From Eledone cirrhosa (taxonomy: Eukaryota): DNA of 64,000 nucleotides. Location of the stretch: positions 92,690,001 through 92,754,000 of the forward strand of contig OZ024745.1 of NCBI GenBank assembly GCA_964016885.1, read 5' to 3'. Made by a program: the position numbers and the translations under genes. How positions within the stretch are numbered: position 1 is the first letter of the stretch; the number at the start of each line of letters is the position of its first letter. Positions 12,979-27,060 of the stretch are shown piece after piece. Below the pieces are notes generated by a model. That model saw nothing but the letters and a program-made list of their open reading frames with translations, was not told where the DNA came from and made no database searches.

Positions 12979-13124
12979 CAGTCATGGGCAAACTGTGGCC
13001 CATTTGGCTTTCTGAATGGTACACCTAATTTCAAAATTGCCTTGAATATTTTAGTAGTACAGCCTGCCTTATGATGAGTCATATCCTATGTGGTCCAATG
13101 TTTGACAAAGGTTGCCCATGCCTG
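12979..13124. mobile_element. hAT-type MITE
   Basis: TIR cagtcatgggcaa / ttgcccatgcctg with a perfect 8-bp TSD gagtagac (12971-12978, 13125-13132). Second copy at about 27855-28020. Confidence 0.92.
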
Positions 13125-13384
13125 GAGTAGACTGTAAACAGTAATTAATCAATACTGATTAGGCAATGAACTGGCAGTCATTAGAGCATTGAATGCCTGT
13201 TATATACCTAGTGGTTTTTATTCTGGATCTCAGTGTTCTGAGTTCAAATCTAGTTGAAGTTACCTTTCATTCTTTTGGGGATGATAAATAAAGGGAATTG
13301 AACAGTGGTTTGGTAGAAATTTTTCTGAGTTTAAATCTCGCCTCCTATTACTAGAAAAAAATGGTAAAATGATACGACTGGGGG

Positions 13385-13760
13385 GCTCCCTATTATTAAA
13401 ACAGCAAAGACACCTCCTATGTCGTTGCATCTTATATCGGATAACATTACTCCAAAGATCCTTCGGAGAAACCCCATTTCAGCCAATTGTATTCACAATC
13501 ATATTCTTTCAGTCATTACCCAAGATTCATGACCATAGGTAAAGGTTGGCACGAATACCGAATTGAAGATAGTGAGTTTGGCTTTTACATCTACCTCTCT
13601 TCTGATTACTGAATGATGAAGCTGGTGCATTACTGCACCAGCCCCTGCAATTCTTGCACTTAATCCAGCCTCCTGCCTTCCATCAGATATTTGTACTTCT
13701 CCACCTGCTTCAGTGGACCTCCACTCACATGTAAAGTGCACTGCACAGGTTGATTACTCC
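13385..13760 (-). mobile_element. RTE-clade (Rex3/Expander-like) LINE remnant, C-terminal RT region
   Basis: LKQVEKYKYL...SDGRQEAGLSARIAGAGAVMHQL...AKLTIFNSVFVPTFTYGHESWVMTERI matches the RTE motif AKL.IY..I.VPTLTYG.E.W..TE. Frameshifted. Confidence 0.88.
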
Positions 13761-14107
13761 ATCCCACTCCCTCAAAATGTAGTGTTAAATTCAAGTACTT
13801 TTTCCTATTTATATTGTGTGACTTCAAACCCCTCACTGAGAATAACTTTCCTGTTTTATATATACAAGGGAGAGGGAGAAAGCTTTGTTTTCCAAACATG
13901 TTATTGAAAACATTAATATGCTAATGACTTTTGTTTTTATTTAGGATTCTTCCTATTTCCATACTAGTTTTGTTTGGAAAAATAGATTCCCTAGGTTCAT
14001 CAACATTTGAAAAATTCTGGTTAGTTTAAAAGATTTCTTATTTGTCTTTTTTCAATAAAATGATTTATCAATAGTTGATATTGCAGTATTTAATTTTTTT
14101 TATTTAA

Positions 14108-14313
14108 CCCTTTAGCATTTAAACCGGCCATATCCGGCCAGAATTATCTCACCTCTTTCTGTTCAAATTGTCTGTAACCAGTCACTCATACTGATGTTAA
14201 GGTATTATTCCCAAAATAAATGATATCAAAATCTCAGATTTGATATTATGTGAGATAAAGTGTTTACCATAAAAATACAATAGTATATGTAGAGTAATGT
14301 AAAAGGTAAAGGG
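14108..14313 (+). mobile_element. piggyBac-like MITE family 1
   Basis: TTAA flanks, TIRs, interior matches other copies. Confidence 0.92.
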
Positions 14314-14388
14314 TTAAGTCATAGGAATGCTATTGATTTAAATATGCTATCATCAAACTTTGGTTTTACTGTTAAAATCAGGTTTGTG

Positions 14389-14468
14389 TCAGAAACTAGG
14401 ACATAACTTGACCATGGTATTTGATAACTTTTTGGTCTGTTTTGAAATGTCACTGGACATAGGATCAG
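14389..14468 (-). CDS. Candidate terminal exon (phase 1): (A)DPMSSDISKQTKKLSNTMVKLCPSF*
   Basis: Pyrimidine-rich acceptor tttttttatatttccttattaaag, open to TGA, phase compatible with the upstream candidate exons. The AAG acceptor is uncommon and there is no homology support. Confidence 0.25.
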
Positions 14469-14929
14469 CTTTAATAAGGAAATATAAAAAAAATCCTTTA
14501 TAAAAATAAAAGTTAAAATTGGAGTTTAGTGATGTCCCCAATAAGTCAGTTGAAATAGTTATATTCTTTCCCAAAAATATATGACCTTGTGACTATCTTA
14601 GAAAAGATTGATATACTTATTGTTTCCTCGGTGTAGTCTGGTTTTTAGAAAGGTATCCTGTGGTCTTTGATCTCCGTTAGATGCAAGTAAAAGGGTTCTT
14701 ATAAGGAACTGAATCTGACTGTAAAATGTTGCCCTGCCTCTCAATACTACCCAGGTCATATTGGCATAGAAAATGAGATAGGAAAACAAGGTGGATGACA
14801 ATTATATTGTGCTACTTTTGAGCAAGAATCACAAATTATTGGCTGCGATAGAGAATCACTGACTTACTATTTACTGTCAACCATTCAGTTAGTCCTCATC
14901 TTATTGATTCAGCTTGCTGTAACCGACTT

Positions 14930-14960
<31 letters not shown>

Positions 14961-15694
14961 CGGTCAAAGAACATTAAATGAATTTTCTTTTTCTTTTAGA
15001 AAAAGTCTACATAAATAGAACTACAACATTTTAATGTAATAAAAAAAAAAGACTGAATCCCCAAGTCAACACCTATTCCCACCATTGCCATTTGCCATTC
15101 TATTCTAATTGTGTATTGATTTCCATTCTTTTTTTATGAGTGTGGAAAATTATTATCTTCACCTTTCATCTAACTTATAGTATTTAGTATGCACAATGTC
15201 CTCCTCTTCTGTCTCTTTCTACACTGTTAACTATCTGATTGAATTGGTCTGATGGCTTTCCGATTTTTCATTTTATTTTACTTTCTATTTTGTCTGTTTA
15301 TTCATAGTTGTCTTGCTTGACCAAGGATAGGTTAATTTATTTCTCATCATGAACATTGTTTTTTTACTCTTACCTATTTTTTTAAAAATCTCTTATTCAT
15401 TTATTACCTTTTTTTAATGTTTTCATTGTGAGAAGCCTTGTATATATTTGTTTTAAATGACTATTTGATTTGTATACCAAATAGTCGTTAAATAATAGCT
15501 TTTGTTTGATATGTTGCTGTGTAGCAAGATAGAAAGACGACTGCAATAATCTTACTTGGTTAGTTTTATTCTATTTTATTTATTTTAATTATTTACTACT
15601 AGTATAGTAAATCTTAGTGAAGGCTACTGTGGTCTCAATATGTAAGCTAAAGGACCTAGTGTATTAATTTAATTGTCTACTTCATATGTAAATA

Positions 15695-15839
15695 CAGGTA
15701 AAATTCTGTTATAATGAATACCATTATAACAAATTTTTCAGTATAACAAAATTTTTTCAATCGCATTATAAAGAATTTTTCGTTTCAACAAATTTTTTAT
15801 TTTATACCCTGCGAATTTCGTTATAATGGAATTTCACTG
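15695..15839. mobile_element. pogo/Tigger-like MITE
   Basis: TA flanks. TIR caggtaaaattctgttataatgaa / ttcgttataatggaatttcactg. Internal ttataacaaa subrepeats. Confidence 0.75.
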
Positions 15840-16114
15840 TATATTTAGTTGTAGAAGTGACGTCCAAACGAGTATGCTCCACCATCAACTAACTTGCCTT
15901 CAGCCTCTCGATCCCAGCTGACAAGATGGAGAATGTATTGCCCTGGAGAACAGCAATCAACTCCAGTTGATGAAGCAAAAGTGAAAACAAAACAAAACAA
16001 GAGTATTTATGTCACTAAAGGATGACCTGTAAGGATGAGTTGTTAATTAGAGCTGGAGGTCAATGGATCAGTTAAGGGTCATTGTTACAATAATTATTTT
16101 TATCATTTGCTTAA

Positions 16115-16323
16115 CCCTTTAGCATTTAAACTGGCTGTCTCAGGTGAGAATTCTCTCACCTCTTTCTATTCAAACTCATCATAACCGGCCACTCATACTG
16201 ACATTAAGGTATTGATCTCAAAATAAATAATATCAAAATCTCGTAGATCAATATTATGTGAGATAAAGCCTTTATCATAAAAATACAATAGTATATATAT
16301 AGAGTAATGTAAATGCTCAAGGG
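16115..16323 (+). mobile_element. piggyBac-like MITE family 1
   Basis: TTAA flanks and TIRs; abuts a SINE-A. Confidence 0.92.
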
Positions 16324-16324
16324 T

Positions 16325-16905
16325 TAAATTGACCCCAGTGCATTACTGGTGCTTTATTTTATCGACTCAGTAAGGATGAAAGGCAAAGCTAACACAGGCA
16401 GGATTTGAACCCAGAATGTAAAGGGCCGAAACTATGCCATGAAGCAGGGTGTCTGGCGCTCTACTGATTACTGCTAATCCACTGCCCTCAGATCCACCCA
16501 TAATAATTGTTTCTACTTTTGGCACAAGGCCCGCAATTATCCCAATGTATTACTGGTACTTTATTTTATCGACCTCGTAGGGATGAAAGGCAAAGTTGAC
16601 CTCGGCGGGATTTGAACTCAGATCATAAAGGGCCATGACTCTTTGCTGTAAAGCATGGTGTCCGACCCTCTACTGATACTGCCATTCTACCATGGTTTCT
16701 AATTCAAGCACAAGAAATACAAAGCAATATACCAAAATAATTGTTTCTATTTTTGACACAAGGCCAGCAATTATCCCAGTGCATTACAGGTACTTTATTT
16801 TATCAACCCTGTAAGGATGAAAGGCAAAGTTAACCTCAGCAGGATTTGAACTCAGGCCGTAAAGGACCGTAACTCTATGCTGCAAAACATGGCGTCCAAC
16901 CCTCT
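16325..16905 (-). mobile_element. Cluster of three SINE-A copies (about 16325-16487, 16504-16690, 16737-16905)
   Basis: Each has the central domain and B-box (ggatttgaac on the plus strand). Confidence 0.9.
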
Positions 16906-17411
16906 AATAATAATAAACATCTTTCAAAATAATGTAGAAGCATAAAAGAGAAATTCATTTCTGGGAAAAGAGATATAAAATTTGTAAATATTCAATGAAT
17001 AACACATCAGAGACAAAGTTTCTTTTAATGACAACAACTCCGACAACACCAACAACAATATTTGATCTCAACAACAGTGTCTAAGAAGAAATATCCATAA
17101 AAGATCTCAAGTAAAGATCAATTCTTTCTGGTCCTCTACTCAAATATAATTAAGATAGATTATCTAGGCAAAACACTAGAGACAAAGAATCAGAATATGT
17201 GTACAAAGATCATTTCTTTTGATATAAATATGTTTTTGACAAGCAGTACTATTTTTCACAAAATAAATGACACATAAAAATGTTGTGAGATTAAGCTATC
17301 GAGTAACTATCCATTAGTTCCCGAGTCAAAAGTTAAAACTTTGATGTTGCACTGCCACTATCTTTCTTTTCTTAACTTTTTTTTAAAGGCAAACCACATA
17401 ACATTACTTGC

Positions 17412-17459
17412 CAGTTTGCCTGTCTGACAAATAGGTTCCACTCTTACTATCACAGTTAA
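17412..17459 (-). CDS. Candidate 48-nt phase 1-1 exon: (V)NCDSKSGTYLSDRQT
   Basis: Acceptor preceded by a T-run (ttttactctggtaacacag); GC-type donor G|gcaagt; length divisible by 3; open in phase 1. Confidence 0.3.
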
Positions 17460-17735
17460 CTGTGTTACCAGAGTAAAAAAAAACACAACTCTTAACTGCA
17501 TAAACAAGTAAAAGTCTAAGAGTTAAAAAAGTAACAACTGTTTTAATGTCTTCAGCTTGTTTTTTCTTAATATACAAACATAAATTTCTTTCTTTTATTT
17601 TGAAATAAAATCCACATTCAAACAGGGAAAAAATGGACACAAATACATTTTAAACATGCTCTGACATTGAAACAAAAGTCACCAATAAGTAGGACAGGGG
17701 AAATCAATCCTAAGTACATAACTGGATATGTTGAA

Positions 17736-17938
17736 CCATTAGCATTTAAACCAGCTGTATCTGGCCAGAATTCTCTCACCCCTTTCTGTTTAAATCAGCC
17801 ACAACTGGCCACTCATACTGATGCTAAGGCATTGTTCTCAAAATGAATAATATTAAAATCTCATAGATTTTATATGTGTGATAAAGCCTTTACGTGAAAA
17901 TACAAGAGTAAATATAGAGTAATGTAAATGCTAAAGGG
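17736..17938 (+). mobile_element. piggyBac-like MITE family 1
   Basis: Interior and right TIR plus TTAA conserved; left end degenerate. Confidence 0.9.
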
Positions 17939-18012
17939 TTAACTGACAAAGATGGATTCTCTATCGGTTTCAATGATGAGCATCAGTTACTCAACTGAGT
18001 GACCGACTCAGT

Positions 18013-18370
18013 AACATTTTCATTACCATATTTCTAATCAACTTTTTCATTATTCATTATTAAGTTGGTGCTTGGAACATAACATAATAAATGTTCTTAC
18101 ATAAAGTTATGATGGAAGGTTTCTAGATAAATATATTTTAAAACAATTTTGTATAATAGAACCCAAGGTAGTTTTAGGCAGCTTGGTTTCAAAAGGGGTT
18201 AAATTTACCTGTTGGAAAGATGTACTCTACTTTATATATTAAGAACTTAACAAAGGTTCTTTCATTAAATTATGATGGAAGATTTTAGATAAATATAAAT
18301 ACTTTAAAATAAACAGCTTTGTATCATAGAACCAGGGGCAGTTTCTGTTTTTTTTTCGTATCTAAAAGGG
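18013..18370. mobile_element. piggyBac-like MITE family 2 (18013-18198) plus partial duplicate (about 18240-18370)
   Basis: Both end ...aaaagggttaa. Interior ttggaacataac...gttcttacataaa.ttatgatggaag is shared with copies at 35.3, 40.6, 45.8, 46.4, 48.1, 51.4 and 55.3 kb. Confidence 0.7.
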
Positions 18371-19435
18371 TTAAATTTACCTTAAATGTACCCTACCTAA
18401 TCCTAACAGTTCAATTCAGTGTTAAAAAATCTCTGACCATTGGCTTTCTTCTGGTTATTCCACAGACACATGTACCCATAACAAAATTCTCAAGGAGAAT
18501 CAATATATCACATCACAAGACAAGACATCTCAATTACAAGTACAACCCATCCACTGGGCTTCCACACAATTTCACTCACTGACTTAGTTCACGCTGAAGC
18601 TAAATCAAAATACATTTTCTTTAAATACCAAACAATGTGATTGAACCCAGAACCTCATGATTGCAAAAGAAACTTCTTAACCATTCAGCCACACTGATAT
18701 ACAATTTGAACAATACATAATAAAGAGCTAGATGATACTAGATACTGTATGACCTAGTTTTCTGCCATTCCACTACACTTATTACATAAATAATATTAGT
18801 ATCTCATGAAGTTAGCAATGTTCATATTTTTATAAAGAACATTAACGATACAACTAAAGTGAAATGGTTCACACTGAGAGAAAGAATCAATAAAATTGGT
18901 TGAAGAATAGAGTAAAGCATTGACAGGATGCACTAAGTCACTGATGCTGTGTTGTCTCCACCACAACCAGCACTCAATATGGTTTGCTTTGGTTTTTGTT
19001 TTATTTTACTTACTAGTTATGTTATTAACTATGAGAGAGTATGATGGCCTTACATTTTTGGTGAGAGTATAATCGATTTAATTGACCTCCTTAGTACATG
19101 ATTGATACTTATTTTACTGACCTCCCCACCACCACCAGCATGCCAGGAAGTATGAATGGTAAAGTAAAGGTTCCTAACAACAAACAACAAAGTATTTAAT
19201 CCATCAATACCAATTAACCCACTCATATCCAGATTGTAAACTAAATAATCTTCTGGGCAGATATTTACATCAGATTCTTTCTTCTCTCATCAAAAAGAGA
19301 TTTCTCTTTTTTTTTTTTTTCAAAGAAAATAATAAAAATAAAAATAATAATAAAGAAACCAAATTTAAGAAAAAACAATAAAAAATAAAGAAATGTCATC
19401 TTCAAATATGATGTTATCCTAAAAGAATTACTTAC

Positions 19436-19504
19436 CATTGAACTGTCTGTGATTCTCCAAGACAGTCTCCCGTCTATCACAGCTATCTCTTATTACCAGG
19501 TTGT
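19436..19504 (-). CDS. Candidate 69-nt phase 1-1 exon: (D)NLVIRDSCDRRETVLENHRQFN
   Basis: Acceptor tcatatcatttcaacag, perfect donor G|gtaagt, open frame, higher GC than flanks, lies in unique sequence. Product unknown. Confidence 0.5.
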
Positions 19505-19964
19505 CTGTTGAAATGATATGAATAAGTAATTTCTTTCAGATTGCACCTTAGGACAAATATACTATGTACAATATAAAACAACAGCAACAATATATATGCA
19601 ATTAATGGAATTGGTATCATTTGAAGACAAAGTTTCCACAGTTTGAAACTTATACTTCTGGTGTTCTAAAGCAATTAGTTTAATTGCAAAGTTTATTATT
19701 TTCCTTTCCTCACCTCACTCGCCTCTTTTTTCGGGGAACTGAGTAAGGATACAATTGAAGATTTCAAAGACTACTATACAAAGTGAAGTAGTAACTTTTT
19801 AATAACGCAACACTAGAATTACCCAAGGGTTCCAACATAAAGAATGCAGAGAAGTCCAAGTAGCAATTTCAAAATGTTTAACAACTAAACCTGATACAAA
19901 AAATTTTTTTTTCTTCTTCAAAATTGTCAATATATTACTCTCTTTATAGTTACCGCCAAAGTAA

Positions 19965-20166
19965 AGTGTATATATGTATGTATATATATATATATGTGTG
20001 TGTGTGTGTAATTGAGTGCTTGCATGTGTGTACAATAGATTGTGTGCAAACGTTTGTTTAATTAAGCACAGGTATGTACATCTGTGCAGAACTGCCTGTG
20101 CAATTGCGCATGCTTATGTGTAGAAGTGCATGGGTGCAGACATGTTTATTTGATTGTGCATATATA

Positions 20167-20217
<51 letters not shown>

Positions 20218-20343
20218 GTAAACATCTATATAAGTTGTAAACATCTATATTTGTTGGATTTCCAACAAATTAAATATCTCATATATATATATGTGTGTGT
20301 ATATATATATATATATGCGTATATGTAAATATATATGTGTGTG

Positions 20344-20381
<38 letters not shown>

Positions 20382-20490
20382 GAAGAATTTATGCAATTGC
20401 TTAGGAATGTGCATGTCTGCAAGTATACAGAACTATTTATGCAAGTGTGCATATGTGTATGTATGTATGTATGTGTGTGTGTGTGCATAG
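19965..20490. repeat. Compound (TA)n/(TG)n microsatellites
   Basis: Direct inspection. Confidence 0.9.
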
Positions 20491-21129
20491 GTTTTGACAT
20501 AAGTATGCTTCCATTAAAATGAATATATGCATCACTTTGTCCTCATGTGTGTATATATGATCATGTATATATGTGATAAGTGTCTCTATGTATGCACATC
20601 CGTGTATCTATAATTCCTTGTGTGTAGGTAGGTGTCTGTTTTATCAATATTCAAATAAGAAAATGGTAGAAGACATCTAAATCATCAAAAGCACATTTTT
20701 TTTTTTTCCTTCTTATTTCTACTTTACTATTGCAATAACATCAAAGTCCAGGACAAGAAGGAAGGAGAGAAGTGAGGCTGGCGAAGGGTAGAGGGTGGGG
20801 ACAGGAAACAATAATCAATAGACTGACTAGATTTCCTTATCCTTTGTTCATTGACCACCAATATTGTTTCTGCTGCAAGTAATCTCTAGTTCTCTTTAGA
20901 TAATCTCCTTTCCAGCAACTAGTGGAATAACTACAAGATGCTAGAGACAGTCAGAGACAGAAAAGAAGAAAAGGAACAAGTAAAAAGGGTAAATGGAATA
21001 AATTAGTTGAATCTTCTTTAGAAGAATGGAAAATAATAATTCAACTGGAAATGTTTAAAGAAAATATAATTTGGATTTTACTTTTTTTGTTTCTTTGTTA
21101 CTTTTTGTGTTGTGTTGTTTATTTTTCTT

Positions 21130-21256
21130 GTGTGTTTGTGTCTGTGTATACATGTGTGTATGTATGTATGTGTATGCATGGGTGTATGTATATGTTTATG
21201 CGTGTGCATGTATTTGTGTGTACATGTATGTGTGTATGTATGCATGTGTGTATATA

Positions 21257-21291
<35 letters not shown>

Positions 21292-21650
21292 GTATGAATG
21301 TGTGTGTATGTGTGTGTGTATATTTATGTGTACATGTATATGTATGTGCGCATATGTGTATGTGTGTGTATGTGTATGGATGAATGTATGTGTGCATGTG
21401 TGTGTGTGTACATGTATGTGTGTATGTATGCATGTGTGTATATATGTGTGTGTGTATGTGTGTATATATATATATATGTATGTATGTATATGTATGAATG
21501 CGTGTGTATGTGTGTGTGTATATTTATGTGTACATGTATATGTATGTGCGCATATGTGTATGTGCGTGTATGTGTATGTATGAATGTGTGTGTGTGCATG
21601 TGTGTGTGTGCATGTGTGTGCGCATGTGTGTGTGTGCATGTATGTGTGAA
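21130..21650. repeat. Degenerate TG/TA microsatellite with an internal duplication of about 190 bp
   Basis: The block starting tgtgtacatgtatgtgtgtatgtatgcatg recurs at about 21217 and 21405. Confidence 0.9.
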
Positions 21651-22109
21651 ATGGTATTCAAAATCTTTTGTTTGTGTTGTTTTCTAACAGTTTTAAAATT
21701 TGTTATTGTTCATGATTGCATGTTGCTGATATTCTTCAATATTTCATAATAATTCAGTTATCTTTGAAATATCCATGATCACCATTGCTGCTGTTGTTGT
21801 TGTTGTTCTGCTTGCTGCTGTTGTTGTTGTTCTGCTTGCTGCTGCTGTTGTTCTTGTTCTGCTTGTTGCTGTTGTTGTTCTTGTTTTGGTGTCATCAAGA
21901 TGTGGTGTGACAGAACAAGTGCTTATGCATTTCAGTGTATATACATACATGTATATGTGTATATATATATATATATACACACATATATGTGTGTGTGTGA
22001 ACATGCAGATATGTTTATGCACATGCTTGTACATGTGAGGGTCTCATATTGCTCAATTTTGATGCATTTAAATAATTCATTTATCTTCCAAGCATCACTT
22101 TAACATGCA

Positions 22110-22724
22110 TAAGAGTGCATGTGTAGATGCACACATACAAGTGCATATATACATGTAGATGTGCATACATACACGTACACACATGCATGTACATACATGT
22201 ACACACATACAAGTGCATACATACATGTACACACATACACGTGCATACATACATGTACACACATGTGCATACATACATGTACACACACATACAAGTGCAT
22301 ACATACATGTACACACACACATACATGTACACACATACATGTGCATACATACATGTACACACATACACGTGCATACATACATGTACACACACACATACAT
22401 GTACACACATACATGTGCACACATACAAGTGCATATATACACGTACACACATACACGTGCATACATACACGTACACACATACACGTGCATACATACATGT
22501 ACACACATACACGTGCATACATACATGTACACACACACATACATATACATACATACATATATATATACACACATACATATATATATACATACATATACAC
22601 ACATACATATATATATACATACATATATAAATACACACATACATATATATATACACACATACATATATATATATACACACATACATATATATATACACAC
22701 ATACATATATATATACACACATAC

Positions 22725-22759
<35 letters not shown>

Positions 22760-23614
22760 CATATACACATACATATATATATATACATATACACACATAC
22801 ATATATATATACATATACACACATACATATATATATACATACACACACATACATATATATATACATACATATATATATACATATACACATACATATATAT
22901 ATATACATATACACACATACATATATATACATATACACACATATATATATATACATATACACACATACATATATATATATACATATACACACATACATAT
23001 ATATATATACATATACACACATACATATATATATATACATATACACACATACATATATATATATACATATATATATATACATATACACACATACATATAT
23101 ATATATATACATATACACACATACATATATATATATACACACATACATATATATATATACACACATACATATATATATACATATACACACATACATATAT
23201 ATATACATATACACACATACATATATATACACATATACACACATATATATACATATACACAGATATATATATACATACATATACACACATACATATATAT
23301 ATACATACATATACACACATACATATATATATACATACATATACACACATACATATATATATACATACATATACACACATACATATATATATACATACAT
23401 ATACACACATACATATATATATACATACATATACACACATACATATATATATACATATACACACATACATATATATATACATATACACATACATATATAT
23501 ATACATATACACACATGCATATATATATACATATACACGCATGCATATATATATACATATACACACATACATATATATATATACATATACACACACACAT
23601 ACATATATACATAT

Positions 23615-23645
<31 letters not shown>

Positions 23646-23722
23646 CACACATACATATATATATACATATACACACATACATATATATATACATATACAC
23701 ACACACATACATATATACATAT

Positions 23723-23793
<71 letters not shown>

Positions 23794-23950
23794 TATACAT
23801 ATACACACATATATATATATATATATACATATACACACATACATATATATATATATACATATACACACATACATATACATACATACATATACATATACAT
23901 ACATACATATACACACATACATATACACACATACATATACATACATACAT
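22110..23950. repeat. 1.8-kb compound CA/TA/CATA micro- and minisatellite
   Basis: Alternating purine-pyrimidine tract lacking stop codons; source of the ORFs longer than 600 aa in several frames. Confidence 0.97.
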
Positions 23951-24109
23951 GCTATTCAAATATACAAGTCTTCATAATTCAATTATATTTCAAACATCAC
24001 AATCTTCACAAATATTGTCAGGATCGACTTAACTTATTTTAATCAATGTTGTTTTTCCAGCTACCATTGATTTTCTCACCATTATTATAGTTGTCACTGC
24101 CTTATCAAG

Positions 24110-24530
24110 CAGTGTGCATGTGTGTGCATGTGCCTATATGTGTATATATGTATATGCATGGCTGTGTGTGTGTGTGTGTGTGCATGTATGTGTATGTGCA
24201 CATGTGTGTGTATGTGTGCATGTGTATAAGTGTGTATGTGTGTGTATACATGCTTGTGTATACATGTGTATATGTATGTGTATACATGTGTATATGCGTG
24301 TTTGAGTGTGTATGTGTATACATACACACGTGCATATGTGTATATATGTATGTGTGTGTATATACATGTGTGTGAATGTGTGTTGTATGTGTGTGCATGT
24401 GCGTATGTGTGTATGTGTATATGTGTGTATGTGTGTATGTGTGTATGTGTGTATGTGTGTATGTGTATATGTGTGTGTGTATAAGTGTGTGTGTATAAGT
24501 GTGTTTCAGTGTATATGTGTGTATACGTGG
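24110..24530. repeat. Degenerate TG/TA microsatellite
   Basis: Direct inspection. Confidence 0.92.
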
Positions 24531-24811
24531 TATATTTCTATTGGCTGACTCTCTTTACCCTCTCAGTTCAAATCCAACCGAGGTCAACCCTTTATCTCTC
24601 TGGTATCAATATAACCAACTTTTGCCCCCATCCCAAAATTGCTGGCCAAGTGTCTGTGTTAAATTGTTTTTGTCGTTAAATCTATCAGTCCTAATCAATA
24701 ATCAATGTCATCAATCCCTATTGATTCTGGAGTCTCAATTACTGGTGCCATTAGCATCATCTTCATTGCTCATGTTATCAGCATCATCTTTGGCAACAGT
24801 CGTGGCACTCG

Positions 24812-24985
24812 CACCACCACCATCATCACCACCAACACCAACAGCAACACTATCACCAACACCACCATCAACAACACCACTACCAACACCACCACCACCA
24901 ACAGCAACACTACCACCAACAGCAACACCACCACCATCACCACTACCAACAACATCACCAAAACCAGCAACAACAACACCAAACA
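24812..24985. repeat. (CAC/CAA)n trinucleotide tract
   Basis: Direct inspection. Confidence 0.9.
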
Positions 24986-25029
24986 CCTATATAAAACATC
25001 ACAACTTCCTCCAAAAATCTTAGTTTGTC

Positions 25030-25780
25030 TCCCTACACCACAAAACCTACTCTCCTACCCCACAAAACCAACTCCCTACACCACAAAACCTACTCTCCTA
25101 CCCCACAAAACCAACTCCCTACACCACAAAACCAACTCCCTACACCACAAAACCAACTCCCTACACCACAAAACCAACTCCCTACACCACAAAACCTACT
25201 CCCTACACCACAAAACCAACTCCCTACACCACAAAACCAACTCCCCTATACCACAAAATCAACTCCCTACACCACAAAACCAACTCCCTACACCACAAAA
25301 CCAACTCCCTACACCACAAAACCAACTCCCTACACCACAAAACCAACTCCCTACACCACAAAACCAACTCCCTACACCACAAAACCAACTCCCTACACCA
25401 CAAAACCAACTCCCTACACCACAAAACCTACTCCCTACACCACAAAACCTACTCTCCTACCCCACAAAACCAACTCCCTACATCACAAAACCAACTCCCT
25501 ACACCACAAAACCAACTCCCTACACCACAAAACCAACTCCCTACACCACAAAACCTACTCCCTACACCACAAAACCAACTCCCTACACCACAAAACCAAC
25601 TCCCTACACCACAAAACCAACTCCCTACACCACAAAACCAACTCCCTACACCACAAAACCAACTCCCTACACCACAAAACCTACTCCCTACACCACAAAA
25701 CCAACTCCCTACACCACAAAACCAACTCCCCTACACCACAAAATCAACTCCCTACACCACAAAATCAACTCCCTACACTA
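25030..25780. repeat. 21-bp minisatellite (ccctacaccacaaaaccaact), about 35 units
   Basis: Highly homogeneous units; the top strand contains no G. Confidence 0.97.
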
Positions 25781-26209
25781 CTTGTCCACATATTCCATAT
25801 TACTATTCATTTGTTCACCACACATCAAATAATGTTTTATCACACATCAACATTCGTCATAAGCATGCAGTTAGCTCTCAGCATTTTCAAATTATATTTT
25901 TTTTAAAGCATACATGAAGGGCCAAGCCTGTAGTTTATTATCACACACAGCAGAGTTTAGATAAGTAAGGTTAATAGTTTATTGATTGTTCTTAAAAGGC
26001 TGCAGATTCCCTGATGAAAGCAGAAGTAAAGAGAAAAAAGAAGCTTAAAAAATACTGAGACAAGGGGGAGATGAAGAAATGGGGGGGGGGGGGGTAGAGG
26101 GTGGAAAGAGAGAGAGAGAGAGAGAAAGGAGCGTGAAAGAAGAGCAGAGAGGTGGGGACAAAAGCAATGCAGTTAGTGAAAAATTGGATATGTAAGTTTT
26201 TAGTTGCAT

Positions 26210-27060
26210 ACAACTAACATTACAATGCCTGCAAGATATCTATTGGGAATGCAAAGTCTGCCTTCATAGACTGGAAGAATCTGGTAAGCGAGAATTCAGC
26301 CAGGTTTTCTGGACACTTTGCCAAAGAATATCTACCAACTTTACACAATATGTTACCAACAATCCTCAAACAATAATGACTATGTTCCAGTCATGCAAAT
26401 TATGCCAAAATATTTGTTGTTGGTTTAGCATCAAACCCCTACTCCTAAAGTCCTCTTCTTATTTTATCTGACCCCAACATCAAAGCATATCTACTAACTT
26501 TACATACTATATCTAAATACAATCTACAAATAAGAACGACTCTCCAAGTTCCAGTCATTCAAAAGTTGCCAAAATATTTGCTGTCTGTTTCATAGCTAAC
26601 TCCGCACAAAATTCCTCCCTAAAATTATCCTTCTTAATCCAATTTATCTAACCAGAACATGTACAAGGAGTACCAAGTGCAAAACTATTTCTCATCACTT
26701 CTGCCCAACAAACGGACCAGTCCTAATGAAATTCTCTATTTTACCATAAAAACATGATGCTCCCTGAGTTAACTTCAATGCTTCCCAAGTCCTTTAATTC
26801 TTCTTTTTCTACTTGAAATATGCTTCAGTATTATATCTTCTTGAGCTCTATCTCTCTGACCATGTCAACTATTGTCCTATTGCCTTTACTACCAAAACCT
26901 CCTAACTCTAGAGATCTCTTAATTATTATGGCCTTCATCTTACAACATCATGCTCTACAACAAAAATGAGATGGTCACTATTAGATAGCAAATAACAAAA
27001 TTCTCCCTCCAACTCCTAATAGCTTAAGTAGGTCTAACTAAAGCAACTTAACACCACCAA
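26210..27060 (+). mobile_element. Highly decayed LINE ORF2 remnant (Jockey/CR1-group-like)
   Basis: Fragments YNACKISIGNAKSAFID, FWTLCQRISTNFT, APELTSMLPKSFNSS and SDHVNYCPIAF (NYRPI motif) occur in the expected order. Internal duplication at about 26325-26470 / 26488-26650. Confidence 0.6.

Noticed and set aside
22081-24042. ORFs of 615-637 aa on both strands
   Set aside because: Alternating purine-pyrimidine microsatellite that cannot produce stop codons; not genes.
24705-25906. Mucin-like or Pro/Thr-rich ORFs of 375 and 293 aa
   Set aside because: Produced by a trinucleotide tract and a G-free 21-bp repeat. The peptide cycles through all three repeat frames, which argues against coding selection.
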